Assembly: GCA_046753765.1 (NCBI GenBank)
Contig: JBHHUN010000003.1
Span: forward strand, 21,001 to 85,000
Direction: 5' to 3'
DNA from: Candidatus Dojkabacteria bacterium
Lineage (GTDB): Bacteria; Patescibacteriota; Dojkabacteria; B142; OLB20
DNA length: 64,000 bases
Part shown: in pieces, positions 48,815-58,806 of the stretch
Layout: each line of letters starts with the position of its first letter
Numbering within the stretch: position 1 is the first letter of the stretch
Notes under the pieces: model-generated
What the model saw: the letters and a program-made list of their open reading frames with translations, nothing else
Told to the model about the DNA's origin: nothing
The model's database searches: none
Program-made: the position numbers and the translations under genes

Positions 48815-49537
48815 CTAAGATCTAAAAAAGGTTCCTACAATAAAGGCTATTAAGGCTGCAACTCCACCAATCACAACAATCTCACCTACTGACCTAAATA
48901 AAGACTCCTTTGTTATTCTCCATCTAAATATTCCCAGTAAGATCAGGGCTGTGAATGTCGCTGCAACGGAGTGGATGAAAGCTGGTGCCGACTGTTGTAT
49001 AAAAAGATAAGATATCAGAGGGATGAACCCAAAAGATACAAAGGAGACAAATGTGAATATGCCGGTGATAAGTGGATTGCTTGCCTCGGGGTTAGGTACA
49101 TTGTGCTTATAGCGGAGCAGAAATTCGCTCCAGAAATCTTCGTTCTTGCTGAAGATGTCACTTAATGCTTCGGAGTCACTAATACTGAATCCCTGTTCCG
49201 TCAAAATCTCAGTTGTCGCCTTTTGGTTCTCTTCCTGCCCAGATTTAATGACTTCAATTGCATGGGACTTCAGGTTCTTGTATACATCTTGCTCCGACCT
49301 GATTGAAAGAAAGTTTCCGAGACCCATTGATGCTGCATCTGCAAACAGGTTCGCTAGTCCGAAAAGTAAAACAACAAAAATCGAAATAGCTATAGTCTGC
49401 TCACTGCCACTATTGGCACCGGTAAAACCTGCTACGACAGCAAAAGTGGTTACGATACCATCATTCCCACCATATACGATCTCCCGCAGATGGGTGGAGA
49501 CGAATGGAATCTTGAATGGTTTTATTAAGCTCTTCAT
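48815..49537 (-). CDS. VIT1/CCC1-family (DUF125) iron/manganese transporter
   Basis: Motif '[21 protein letters not shown]' and C-terminal TM helices typical of the VIT family. Confidence 0.75.
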   Translation of the reverse strand: MKSLIKPFKIPFVSTHLREIVYGGNDGIVTTFAVVAGFTGANSGSEQTIAISIFVVLLFGLANLFADAASMGLGNFLSIRSEQDVYKNLKSHAIEVIKSGQEENQKATTEILTEQGFSISDSEALSDIFSKNEDFWSEFLLRYKHNVPNPEASNPLITGIFTFVSFVSFGFIPLISYLFIQQSAPAFIHSVAATFTALILLGIFRWRITKESLFRSVGEIVVIGGVAALIAFIVGTFFRS

Positions 49538-49539
49538 TA

Positions 49540-50850
49540 CTATCTGAATACTGCAGTAATATATAATCCGCTTTTTCCGAGACCAATGTGGCTGTGACTG
49601 CCAAGCATATTTGCATTGTGTCCAGAGCTGTTAAATGCAATGTTCTCTGCGTCACAGGTCGTTCCCTCGTTCTGACAACGTTCCCAGGACTGCGAGCCAC
49701 CGCTTCCTGTATGGCTAAGTGTTCCAGTGGAATTCATCCACGAGGAGTGTTTGCTCGAAGCCGAATTCAGTTTGCTGTCGAAATTCAGTGCACCTTTTCC
49801 ATTGGCTGCCCGATGTGAGTTAATTAAGTTTAGTAGCTGCTGGTTGAAGCTACTGCTTCCTCCGGAGGAGCCACCATCGTCGCCATCGAAGCTGCATGCC
49901 GGGTTGCCACACATCCCGCACTGGGTATTGCCAGTGCATTTATCAGCCTTCGTAATTGTGACAATCTTCTTAGTGTTATTGCCGGATGAATCGATAGAAA
50001 GAACAGTAAATGTATTTGTTCCATTTTTTACTTTAAATGCTTTTTTGAAGACACCGTTTTCATCAACTACTAATGCCGTTCCGTTTACCCGAACTGCCGA
50101 TCCTGGTTCGGTCTCCCCTTTGATTGTTATTTTACTGTTTTCAGTCTGTTTTGTAGTTGGGGAGAGGATTTTGAGCTTTGGTCCACTCGTGTCTTTGAGC
50201 TCGTCGGGCAGTTCGATAACGGTTTCAAGCTGTGAGAGAAACTCTTTCCAGATGTCCGCCCCACTTAAATTCTCTCTTTTGAAGTCATCGATTTGGAATT
50301 TACCACCTGTTACGGTGATTCGTCTGTTTCTTCCTATTGAAGTGTCACCACGGATCTCGACTTTGCCATCAACAGTGATTAGTCGCTTTGATTCAGGGAT
50401 ATATAACGCTTTGAGGCCCTTTTGCATCTGAATCTCTTTATTCCCTACAAGTATAGTCTGTTTGCGGTCAATCTCTAGGTATGTAATCCCCTTTATGATT
50501 TTGAGCTCCTTATCGCTGTTCCAGATCAACTCCCCGGGTGAAGCGGTGTAGAGGGTGTTGTCGTTGTAAGATATCCCTCCTAAGTCCTCCTCCCACGCGA
50601 TTGTTTCGTCGAGGCGGTAGAGGTCGAGCTGTTCGCCTTCCGCAGTATACTTTGTAAACTGGATTTCGGCTGGATTAGAGATATCTAGCTGAATGCGTAT
50701 AATCACAAGTCCGATAAGAATTCCCAGGCTGAAAAATGCTATGAAAGTAAGTAAGACTGCAGGTATGACTACCTTATACCTGGTACTAAGCTCTCGTTTC
50801 ACCTGTGTGAAAATTCTACCTATGTCTGTTGTTACCTGAGAATCTGCCAT
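49540..50850 (-). CDS. Membrane-anchored protein with a C-terminal CAP/SCP (PR-1-like) domain
   Basis: N-terminal TM helix. The C-terminal ~110 aa ([31 protein letters not shown]...HTGSGG...[10 protein letters not shown]) resembles the CAP domain consensus. Confidence 0.55.
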   Translation of the reverse strand: MADSQVTTDIGRIFTQVKRELSTRYKVVIPAVLLTFIAFFSLGILIGLVIIRIQLDISNPAEIQFTKYTAEGEQLDLYRLDETIAWEEDLGGISYNDNTLYTASPGELIWNSDKELKIIKGITYLEIDRKQTILVGNKEIQMQKGLKALYIPESKRLITVDGKVEIRGDTSIGRNRRITVTGGKFQIDDFKRENLSGADIWKEFLSQLETVIELPDELKDTSGPKLKILSPTTKQTENSKITIKGETEPGSAVRVNGTALVVDENGVFKKAFKVKNGTNTFTVLSIDSSGNNTKKIVTITKADKCTGNTQCGMCGNPACSFDGDDGGSSGGSSSFNQQLLNLINSHRAANGKGALNFDSKLNSASSKHSSWMNSTGTLSHTGSGGSQSWERCQNEGTTCDAENIAFNSSGHNANMLGSHSHIGLGKSGLYITAVFR

Positions 50851-50891
50851 AATAGCGTCCAGCTACAGACATTTTAGGGTAAAACCGGGCG

Positions 50892-52679
50892 TTAGTAAAT
50901 TTCGAAGCTTTGAAGTAATTTCTTGTTGCCCTCGATCTGGTACTTGAGAAGATCGGAGTAGATCCCCCTTTTGGTTGAAAGATCTTTTGGTTTGCCGGAA
51001 TCGGCGATACGCCCTTTATCCAGGACTATCACCCTGTCCACATTCTGTATTGTCGAGAAACGATGAGCGATGATAATAACTAACTTCTCTTTCATTAGCT
51101 TTTCAAGCGCATCTTGAACCAGCTGTTCAGACCTGGAATCCAAATTACTTGTTGCTTCGTCAAGGATCAATATTGGTGCGTCATCCAGTATGGCTCTGGC
51201 TATCTGAATTCTTTGCTTTTGACCACCTGATAGTTTAATGCCTCTTTCACCTATTTCAGATTTCAAACCCTTTGGAAGCTTTTTGACGAAGTTATATGCA
51301 TTTGCCTGCTTAAGGGCTCTGATAATCTTTTTGTCTGAGAGTTTTTTGCCATAGGCTACGTTTTCTCTGACAGTAGACGAGAACAGCTCGTTCTCCTGAA
51401 AGACAAGTGAGATGTTGCTCCTGATAAATTGGTGGTCAAGCTCACCGTATGCCTGATCGTCTAAAAGTATTTCTCCTGATGTCGGTCTGTACAGCCTGAG
51501 GATTAGGTTGATGATGGTTGTCTTTCCGGCACCGCTGTGTCCTACAAGTGCAACTTTCTCTCTGGAATCAAGCTTGAACGACATCTTGTTTAAAACCTGG
51601 TCACTATCTTTATATTTAAAGGCAACATCCTTAAATTCTATAGTGGGGGTCTCCAGTTTCTTGTAGGATCTTTTGCGTGCTGAGAAAGGTTCGGTTGATT
51701 CAAGATCGAGTACCTCAAAAAACTCCTTTGATCCGCTTTCGGTGTTTTGAATTTGAGTAAGAATAAATGACATGGCGAATAGTGGCCTGCGTGCCTGAAC
51801 AACCAGCTGGATGATTAGCACCATGTCACCGATAGACATATTTCCCTCGAAGGCACTAATGAATACAATGATATTCACAACCAATAGAACAAGTATAAGT
51901 GAGAGATTCCGCAGGAAGTTGAAGAAATGATAAATTCTACTCTGTCTCGAGTAAATCCTGTTTATTGCTGATTGATTTTTTGAGATGAATCTGAATTCGT
52001 TCTGCTCATTGTTAGAGCTCTTCACCAGTTTGATGTTGCCAATGACCTCTGTAATACGGCCTCTGCCGATGTCTTCAAGCTTGTTTTTCTTCTTTTCCTC
52101 CTCGCCCCAGCGTTTGGCTGAGATATAGCTAATCACGAGGTAGATCGGAAACAATGCAAATACAAATATTGCAACCGGAACATTAAAATACGCCAGTACA
52201 GCAACTGTAAATACACTCTGTAAAAATGTCGGCAGAATGAAATTTGTGGAGGTGTTTGCGAATCCCTTGATGGTTATGATCCCCCTTGAGAGCTGGTTAA
52301 CTATCTTTCCTGAGATTTCGCTGTCAAAGTACGATTGGGGAAGCGAGAGCACTTTGCTGTAGAATTTTTGTGTTAGGTATTTCTGCAATTTCGCTGCAAA
52401 TCTATCGCCGAGCCTCTCCGTAAGGAACGAAATCACTATACCCAGAAGGCTGAATCCGAAGCTGGCTCCAATAAGGATAGCAAGTTTGTTTACGTCCCCA
52501 TCTCCCGTTTGGATCTGCAGCACAATTTCGTCAACAATGAACTTGGAAAGAACGGGCGCTACCTGCTGCAAGACAGCCCCGGTCAGGATTAGTGAAGCAA
52601 TCAGACCGATAAGCCTGTAAAGAGGACGAGAGATTTTGATTATGCGGAGAATATTTTTCATGCGAGGTTTATTATACAC
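50892..52679 (-). CDS. ABC exporter, fused permease-ATPase (MsbA/type-I exporter-like)
   Basis: 595 aa. Six-TM N-terminal domain plus an NBD with Walker A (GHSGAGKTT), signature (LSGGQKQRIQIARAIL) and Walker B (ILILDEATS). Confidence 0.9.
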   Translation of the reverse strand: MYNKPRMKNILRIIKISRPLYRLIGLIASLILTGAVLQQVAPVLSKFIVDEIVLQIQTGDGDVNKLAILIGASFGFSLLGIVISFLTERLGDRFAAKLQKYLTQKFYSKVLSLPQSYFDSEISGKIVNQLSRGIITIKGFANTSTNFILPTFLQSVFTVAVLAYFNVPVAIFVFALFPIYLVISYISAKRWGEEEKKKNKLEDIGRGRITEVIGNIKLVKSSNNEQNEFRFISKNQSAINRIYSRQSRIYHFFNFLRNLSLILVLLVVNIIVFISAFEGNMSIGDMVLIIQLVVQARRPLFAMSFILTQIQNTESGSKEFFEVLDLESTEPFSARKRSYKKLETPTIEFKDVAFKYKDSDQVLNKMSFKLDSREKVALVGHSGAGKTTIINLILRLYRPTSGEILLDDQAYGELDHQFIRSNISLVFQENELFSSTVRENVAYGKKLSDKKIIRALKQANAYNFVKKLPKGLKSEIGERGIKLSGGQKQRIQIARAILDDAPILILDEATSNLDSRSEQLVQDALEKLMKEKLVIIIAHRFSTIQNVDRVIVLDKGRIADSGKPKDLSTKRGIYSDLLKYQIEGNKKLLQSFEIY

Positions 52680-52994
52680 GAATCTGGCCCAGGCTCACCT
52701 GAGTATTTTTGTCTTGTAAATCGCTGTATACGTGTTATATAATCGCAGATCGTTATGGGAAATGAAGAAAAATCACAATTGCAAGGTCAACCCCTTCGGA
52801 GAAAAAGCAGTGGAGTTAAATCCGGCAGCTGTGTTTGATACAGTTGCGACAGCTATAGAAACTGTTCAACGCAGCCAGAACCCTAATCGCTTCCCTCTCA
52901 CAACAATCAACGATCATCAAAAAAAACGCAGCAAGTCGTTGCAAATTTCCCCAAATAAGCATAAACTACTACGGTAATAGTAGAGAGCTTTCTT

Positions 52995-53597
52995 GTGACC
53001 GAACAATCAACAGAAAAAAACACGATACTTTACATTGTTGTTGGCTTTTTCCTCATCTTGCTGGTTTTAGGAGGAGCAATCGTGCTTCTGGGCAGTGGCC
53101 AGCCTGATGCAGAGGTATCCATGTCTGGCAATGTACAGATAATCGATGGTGACTCTGCGGAGTATCATGTTAATGATTTTGACGAGCTCTTCTTTACCGA
53201 CCACAACGGCAGCGAAGTGAGACTCTCAGACTTTAAAGGTAAGATAATCGTTGCCAACGTCTGGGCTACGTGGTGCCCTTTCTGCATCAATGAGATGCCT
53301 GACTTCGCCAGGCTAAAACAGGAATTTGGTGATGATATCGTTGTGCTCACGATTGATAGAAGAGAGTCCCAGGAGGAGCAGCAACTCTATCTTAGTGATC
53401 TGACAGATAGTAGCGGAGTAGATCTAGGCAGCAGCCTGATAACACTGAATGACCCAACGGACTCGTTTTATAGAGCGATTGGCGGGTTCTCAATGCCAGA
53501 GACCATCTTTTTTGATTCAAAGGGAAGAGGATTTGAGCACATTCGAGGACCAATGACTCTCGAAGATATGAAGGAGATGGTAGCTAATCTTATGTAA
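52995..53597 (+). CDS. Membrane-anchored thioredoxin-like thiol:disulfide oxidoreductase (TlpA/ResA family), copy 1
   Basis: N-terminal TM helix and a thioredoxin fold with a CxxC motif (WATWCPFC). Confidence 0.8.
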   Translation: MTEQSTEKNTILYIVVGFFLILLVLGGAIVLLGSGQPDAEVSMSGNVQIIDGDSAEYHVNDFDELFFTDHNGSEVRLSDFKGKIIVANVWATWCPFCINEMPDFARLKQEFGDDIVVLTIDRRESQEEQQLYLSDLTDSSGVDLGSSLITLNDPTDSFYRAIGGFSMPETIFFDSKGRGFEHIRGPMTLEDMKEMVANLM

Positions 53598-53627
53598 AAG
53601 AATCTATTTATTTGATACATAAAAGCA

Positions 53628-54389
53628 ATGATTGAGCCAACATTTGTACTATCAGCATTCTTTGCAGGTGTACTTACATTTCTTGCGCCATGTACATTTC
53701 CTTTAATCCCTGCATACCTGGGCTTTATAAGTGGAAGCTCTACAAAAGAGCTCGAAGATCCAGAGAAAAGAGGTGAGCTTAAGTTGAAGATCATTAAGAA
53801 TGGTTTGTTTTTCGTGCTCGGGTTCAGCACTGTTTTCATCTCATTCGGAATCCTCGCCGGATTCCTAGGTGGAAGACTTCTCGGAGAGCTTAGGGTATGG
53901 CTCAGCAGAATTGGTGGGGTGGTAGTCATTGTATTTGGTCTATTTATGATCGGTATAGTTAAAATCCCTTTTTTAGAAAGAACACAGAAGATCCAGCTTC
54001 CAAAGTCCATGAAGGTAGGAACACCGTTTAGCTCTTTTTTTGTTGGGGCTACGTTTGCCTTCGGATGGACTCCCTGTGTTGGACCGATTTTGGCAGCCAT
54101 CATTGCACTTGCAGCAACATCTGCAACGGCACTGCAGGGAGGGTTGCTTTTGGCAGTGTTTTCATTAGGGTTAGCAGTGCCCTTTATGGTATTGGCAATC
54201 GGTGTTGGGTCTGCACTCAAATATGTGAAAAAGATCAACAGGTATTTGAAAGTGGTATCGGTTATTGGCGGAGTCTTCCTGATTATTGTGGGGATCCTGC
54301 TTCTGACTAATAACTTCACGGCAATAATCGAGTTTGGATTCAGACTGTTTGGATTTATTAACTACGAAGGGATACTCGATTATCTATGA
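53628..54389 (+). CDS. ccdA: Cytochrome c-type biogenesis/thiol-disulfide transporter CcdA (DsbD family), copy 1
   Basis: 253 aa, 6 TM helices, with conserved Cys in TM1 (LAPCTFPLIP) and TM4 (GWTPCVGPIL). Confidence 0.8.
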   Translation: MIEPTFVLSAFFAGVLTFLAPCTFPLIPAYLGFISGSSTKELEDPEKRGELKLKIIKNGLFFVLGFSTVFISFGILAGFLGGRLLGELRVWLSRIGGVVVIVFGLFMIGIVKIPFLERTQKIQLPKSMKVGTPFSSFFVGATFAFGWTPCVGPILAAIIALAATSATALQGGLLLAVFSLGLAVPFMVLAIGVGSALKYVKKINRYLKVVSVIGGVFLIIVGILLLTNNFTAIIEFGFRLFGFINYEGILDYL

Positions 54390-54424
54390 ACCTCTGATAT
54401 ATTTGTAAATATTAAGAACTTCGC

Positions 54425-54982
54425 ATGAGTTCAAAAGCTATTATTGGGGTTATAGGGATTTCTGTTTTGGTAATCGTTGGCTTAGCTGTTCTTTTATCTC
54501 CAACGGAAGGGAACATTGAGTCAGTATCCCCGGCAACAGGGCAAGACAACTTAGCAGCTCCTGCAGCAACCACGGGGGCTGAACTTGCACCGGATTTTCA
54601 GCTGAAGCGCCTTGGCGGTGGAACGCTAAGTCTCTCACAGTACCGAAGTGAAAAGGCTGTTATCCTCGACTTTTTTGCAACCTGGTGTCCTAACTGCCGT
54701 AGAAATATGCCGAAGCTGTCGTCTATTTACGAGAAGTACAAGGACGATGTTGAGGTCGTTGGTGTGAATCTGCACGAGGATGAGGGTACTGTTCAAAGTT
54801 ACATCAAGAGCCAGAATATCCTTTACCCTATCGTTCTCGATCCAGCGAGCAGCGCTGCCAATACATACGGTGTGTTTTACACCAACTATCACGTTTTTAT
54901 CAATAGAAGTGGAGTGATTGTAAACTCGGTCCCTGGCGACGTATCGGAACAACAGGTAATAGACTTAATTTCATCAGAGTAA
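54425..54982 (+). CDS. Membrane-anchored thioredoxin-like thiol:disulfide oxidoreductase (TlpA/ResA family), copy 2
   Basis: N-terminal TM helix and a CxxC motif (FATWCPNC). Confidence 0.8.
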   Translation: MSSKAIIGVIGISVLVIVGLAVLLSPTEGNIESVSPATGQDNLAAPAATTGAELAPDFQLKRLGGGTLSLSQYRSEKAVILDFFATWCPNCRRNMPKLSSIYEKYKDDVEVVGVNLHEDEGTVQSYIKSQNILYPIVLDPASSAANTYGVFYTNYHVFINRSGVIVNSVPGDVSEQQVIDLISSE

Positions 54983-54994
54983 GGCTTACTAATT

Positions 54995-55747
54995 ATGCAG
55001 GAGGTAAACTTCATTACAGCTTTCGGTGCAGGTCTGTTAACTTTCTTTGCACCATGTACATTCGTGACGCTCCCAACGTTCATCAGTTACCTGATATTTC
55101 AGGCTACCGGGGAAGAGACTATTAGGAGTGGAAAGAGATATAAGTTGAAGGTTTTGCTTAGTGCTGTCAGTTATGTATCAGGGTTTCTGCTTGTGTTTAC
55201 ACTGCTAGGTGTAACAGCCACAGGAGTGGGCTCACTGTTTTCGAGAAATAAGGACCTCCTAACTAACGTTGGCGCAATCGTCATTATTCTTTTTGGCCTA
55301 CTTATCCTTTTTGGCGAGAGAGTGAAAAAACTGCAGTTTCTATTCAAGGAGAAAAAGGTTGAAGTAAATACAACGAGATTCGGAAAAGGGTATGTTTTTC
55401 CATTTATTATAGGGGTCACTTCGGCATTTGCATGGACACCGTGCATTGGTCCTATCCTTGGGGGGATTTTATTTTTGGCAGGCACATCAACCGATACAGC
55501 CCTACAGGGGGGTGCTCTTCTGTTTACCTATGGTCTCGGTATCTCAATTCCGTTCATATTAATAGCAGTATTTTTAGGGTCGGCACAAAAGTGGATGAGG
55601 AAGATTAATAGATACACAGGCACAATTCACAAGATCAGTGCTCTGTTGTTGATCATACTTGGTGTAATGCTGCTGACAGGATTTGCGGACCAGGCTTATG
55701 GCTTTCTGTTTCGTTTGTTTACGAGCATTGGATATATGCCGAAATAG
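54995..55747 (+). CDS. ccdA: CcdA (DsbD-family) thiol-disulfide transporter, copy 2
   Basis: 250 aa, 6 TM helices, with 'FAPCTFVTLP' and 'AWTPCIGPIL'. Confidence 0.8.
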   Translation: MQEVNFITAFGAGLLTFFAPCTFVTLPTFISYLIFQATGEETIRSGKRYKLKVLLSAVSYVSGFLLVFTLLGVTATGVGSLFSRNKDLLTNVGAIVIILFGLLILFGERVKKLQFLFKEKKVEVNTTRFGKGYVFPFIIGVTSAFAWTPCIGPILGGILFLAGTSTDTALQGGALLFTYGLGISIPFILIAVFLGSAQKWMRKINRYTGTIHKISALLLIILGVMLLTGFADQAYGFLFRLFTSIGYMPK

Positions 55748-55780
55748 TAGGTGTCGTCTATTGATCCTTTGTCTGTTCTG

Positions 55781-56443
55781 TTACTCTGTCTCTGGATCAA
55801 TAGTACTCTCAAGCTCCTCCCCTGCTATTGATGTCCCTTCTCCATCATCGTTTTTATCCTCTGCATGGGTGGTTGTGCCATTGCCCTTTTTATCTGTGTT
55901 GGGTTTAGAGGGTTGACCACCATCCTCACCAGCTAATATCATCTGATCGAGGTATGAGTTAATCTGAAAAGTAAGTACGATAGCAGTTGTATAATCCTCT
56001 TTTTTGAAAGCTGTTTGAGCATCATAAAGGTAAGCTTTGAGAACCGTGATATCGTCCGTATCCAGTTTTGCGATGCTCACCTCTGCTCGATCAATTGCAT
56101 CCTGAGCGTAGTCCTTTCTGGCTTTACTAGAGGACTGTTCGATGTCAAAATCACCACTATAGGCAGCAAGGTCAGTATTAATCTTGTAGATAGTTTTTGG
56201 CACAGGTTGAGGAGTTGTTAACAGCAAAAAACTGAGCGTTAAGGCAAACACCGTGGTCAGAGCAAGCTTCAGCTTTGTTATTACAAATAACGATTTCAAC
56301 CCCTCTATGAAGGTTGGTTTTGGTTTGATGGTACCAGCAAGAGAAAGATAGTCTTCCCTTGTCGTGGCTGTCCACCGAGCATCAGGTCTGATGCCAGAGG
56401 CTACCTCTCTTAGCTTATCTTCAGTTTTGGATAGTTCTTCCAT
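55781..56443 (-). CDS. Putative anti-sigma factor (single-pass membrane protein) partnered with the ECF sigma factor
   Basis: 220 aa. Cytoplasmic N-terminal segment, one TM helix (LALTTVFALTLSFLLL), then an extracytoplasmic domain. It lies 4 nt downstream of the sigma-factor gene. Confidence 0.45.
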   Translation of the reverse strand: MEELSKTEDKLREVASGIRPDARWTATTREDYLSLAGTIKPKPTFIEGLKSLFVITKLKLALTTVFALTLSFLLLTTPQPVPKTIYKINTDLAAYSGDFDIEQSSSKARKDYAQDAIDRAEVSIAKLDTDDITVLKAYLYDAQTAFKKEDYTTAIVLTFQINSYLDQMILAGEDGGQPSKPNTDKKGNGTTTHAEDKNDDGEGTSIAGEELESTIDPETE

Positions 56444-56447
56444 GAGC

Positions 56448-56963
56448 TTATTCTAAAGACTTTCTTAATTTTTTTATAGCTCTAAATCTGACAACACGTA
56501 TGTTGCCCGGAGGCTTGCCAACAACAAGACTAATCTCTTTGTCGTTGAGCTGGGCGAAATACGTAAGCTCAACGATCTCTCTTTCCAGCTCTTTTAGATT
56601 GTCAAATTTCTCTTTTATCCGCTCAATTACCATTTGGTTATCGGATCGATCCTCGTGATCTGTGGAGTCTTCTGCGATTTCAATCATTTCGTTCGAAGAA
56701 ACGAATCGATTTTTACGCAGCATATCTATTAGGGTATTACGGGTGATTGTGAACAACCAGGCTTCAAAATTTTTGTCCACATCGAGCTTATGAATATGCT
56801 CGATGACCTTAATAAATACGGTACTGGCGAGGTCCTCAGCTGTTTCTTTGTTGTGTATACGAATGTAAATGTACCTGTATACCCTATCAAGATAATTATC
56901 AAAGATCTGTGCTAAACATGCTTTATCACCTTGCTTGGCTTTGAGCAGAATCCCTTTATCCAA
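56448..56963 (-). CDS. ECF-type RNA polymerase sigma-70 factor
   Basis: 171 aa with a region-2-like motif (…YRYIYIRIHNKETAEDLASTVFIKV…, …FEAWLFTITRNTLIDMLRK) and a region-4 helix-turn-helix (LTYFAQLNDKEISLVVGKPPGNIRVVRFRAIKKLRK). Confidence 0.8.
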   Translation of the reverse strand: MDKGILLKAKQGDKACLAQIFDNYLDRVYRYIYIRIHNKETAEDLASTVFIKVIEHIHKLDVDKNFEAWLFTITRNTLIDMLRKNRFVSSNEMIEIAEDSTDHEDRSDNQMVIERIKEKFDNLKELEREIVELTYFAQLNDKEISLVVGKPPGNIRVVRFRAIKKLRKSLE

Positions 56964-57460
56964 TGTCTTTTGTTTTCATCAATTTTGCAAACATAAAGTG
57001 AAAGGATAGTAAATTATATACGTTATTGCCAATCAAAGGTTTCAAAAAAACATCCGAGAAAATTACAGTTTCAATCCTTATATTACAGATATGAATCGAG
57101 GCTATATGGTGTTGATATCGTTGGTGTGTGGGTTGGTCAGCAATATGGTGTGATGGTTAGGAGGATTGGTTATGGATGTTCAAAATTTATAACGAAAAGA
57201 GTTATAAACTGTTTACATCAGCATGAGATTTTTCTATGATGACTTCACCTTCACTTTTGCTATAGATTCGGTATACACCTCGACTGTCTTTTCTTTTTTC
57301 CAAATTTATAGAAATTTTTTATTGGCTATATTATGGCTGAAACTGCCCTATTGATTTTAAAAAGAGTGCACCGGTTTCTCATTAGAGATCCATAGAAATC
57401 CTTAAAGCTATCCCTGACTTAGTTTTCATATATTTTTATATTTTTTAAGACATACAAATT

Positions 57461-57889
57461 ATGGCTGTAGCTGCCCCTATCCCTACTGAAACAATTCAAG
57501 GCGGCGAAGTGTTTCTGACGAGAGCTGAAATTGTCCGTCCCGTAGAAATAATTACAGACGTTCGCCCTAGAGTGGTAATAGTTGAAAATCCTGAAAGTGA
57601 TCATGGCCAACTGCTTGAGGTTTCACTAGGGATGCATGGTATCTTCACAGAACCTCTTAAAAGCGGTGATATTTTCAGGGTTGGGAATCAAGATCTTGAT
57701 GGTATCGTAAGGTTAACCAGAGAGTTAAAGGCTACAGGAAAAATCCAGGATACCGTTTTTGTAGTCGGAGATCATGTTGGTTCTCCGGTGTACCCAAAGC
57801 TAGTAAAGCACGCTTTATCAGTTGGTACTCCCCCAGACGGGCTTCCCACTGTAATTTTGAGGAGAACTGAAATCTCGGATGGCTTATAA
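57461..57889 (+). CDS. Hypothetical protein
   Basis: 142 aa with no recognisable motif. Coding-like composition only. Confidence 0.35.
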   Translation: MAVAAPIPTETIQGGEVFLTRAEIVRPVEIITDVRPRVVIVENPESDHGQLLEVSLGMHGIFTEPLKSGDIFRVGNQDLDGIVRLTRELKATGKIQDTVFVVGDHVGSPVYPKLVKHALSVGTPPDGLPTVILRRTEISDGL

Positions 57890-58088
57890 CAGGCATATGC
57901 CAGATTAGTTCATGATCCTGCATCGGGTGTGCTGCAACAACCAATTCAGATGTTAGCAATCGGCACTGATACTCTACGAACTATTGCGATGGATCCTGAA
58001 TCGTTGGGATATCCTGGAAATGATTTTGCGGCGATATTGAGAAACATCAGAACAGCTGCTGCAGCTAGAGTATATCAAGCGGCATAGC

Positions 58089-58748
58089 CTATTTAAAAAG
58101 CTTTTCGATCTTTTTGTTATTGATGTAGATGCGAGCACTGTCAACCCATTCAAATTGGAGTACAGTGCTCTTGAGTTGCTCGCGGAATCTAGGTCCATCA
58201 CAATCGTCTCCCAGCTTAAATATGCCCGAGAGTTTTACGATTGCTGTCCTGTCTTTGATTTCGACTGATTCAATTTTCAGAATTGAGTTATAGAGTGCGG
58301 TGTACAGTCCTGTTTGACCAAAGTTGGGGGTTTTATACGACAACAACTCAGTGATAGCCCTTGTGATCGGTTCTCGAGTGTACTTTATAGGCACAACAAC
58401 GCCTACCAGACTATCTCCACAACCGATCTGTTCTCCTGATGCACCGAAGTCCCCGATGGAAGTGAAGTAGATATTGAATTCTCCCTCAACTGTGTGGCCT
58501 GCCTCCTTTTCTGGTACGCGACCCTCTGCTGTAGGTGTTGGTGTAATTGATACTGTTGTATCAGTGTCAGCAGGTACTGGTTGTTCAGTCCCAGTTGATT
58601 GATCTCCAGCAAGTAGTGCCTGTGTGAGAATTGATGAGAGGACCGCTGAGACAATCATGGCCACTACCAAAAGAAAATACGCTTGTGTTCGAAGTATCTT
58701 GGGTTGGTCTGTTTTTTCGGTTTCCTTTGCAGTTTTTTTACCCGCCAT
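58089..58748 (-). CDS. Membrane-anchored GerMN-like (sporulation/germination-domain) protein
   Basis: N-terminal TM helix, Thr/Pro linker, and a C-terminal region (…YFTSIGDFGASGEQIGCGDSLVGVVVPIKYTREPITRAITELL…) resembling the GerMN domain. Confidence 0.45.
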   Translation of the reverse strand: MAGKKTAKETEKTDQPKILRTQAYFLLVVAMIVSAVLSSILTQALLAGDQSTGTEQPVPADTDTTVSITPTPTAEGRVPEKEAGHTVEGEFNIYFTSIGDFGASGEQIGCGDSLVGVVVPIKYTREPITRAITELLSYKTPNFGQTGLYTALYNSILKIESVEIKDRTAIVKLSGIFKLGDDCDGPRFREQLKSTVLQFEWVDSARIYINNKKIEKLFK

Positions 58749-58806
58749 CTTAACAATAGTGTACTACTTTGTGGACTTGAAATTAAGATTGAGTAATAAT
58801 GTATTT

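Noticed and set aside
53468-54319. 283-aa minus-strand ORF across the TlpA/CcdA genes. Similar cases: 49727-50431 (+), 7966-8379 (−), 32785-33351 (+), 37865-38326 (+)
   Set aside because: Each is antisense to a gene with a strong, motif-supported annotation (CcdA, CAP protein, DUF3048, ABC ATPase, P-type ATPase). They are spurious long antisense frames.
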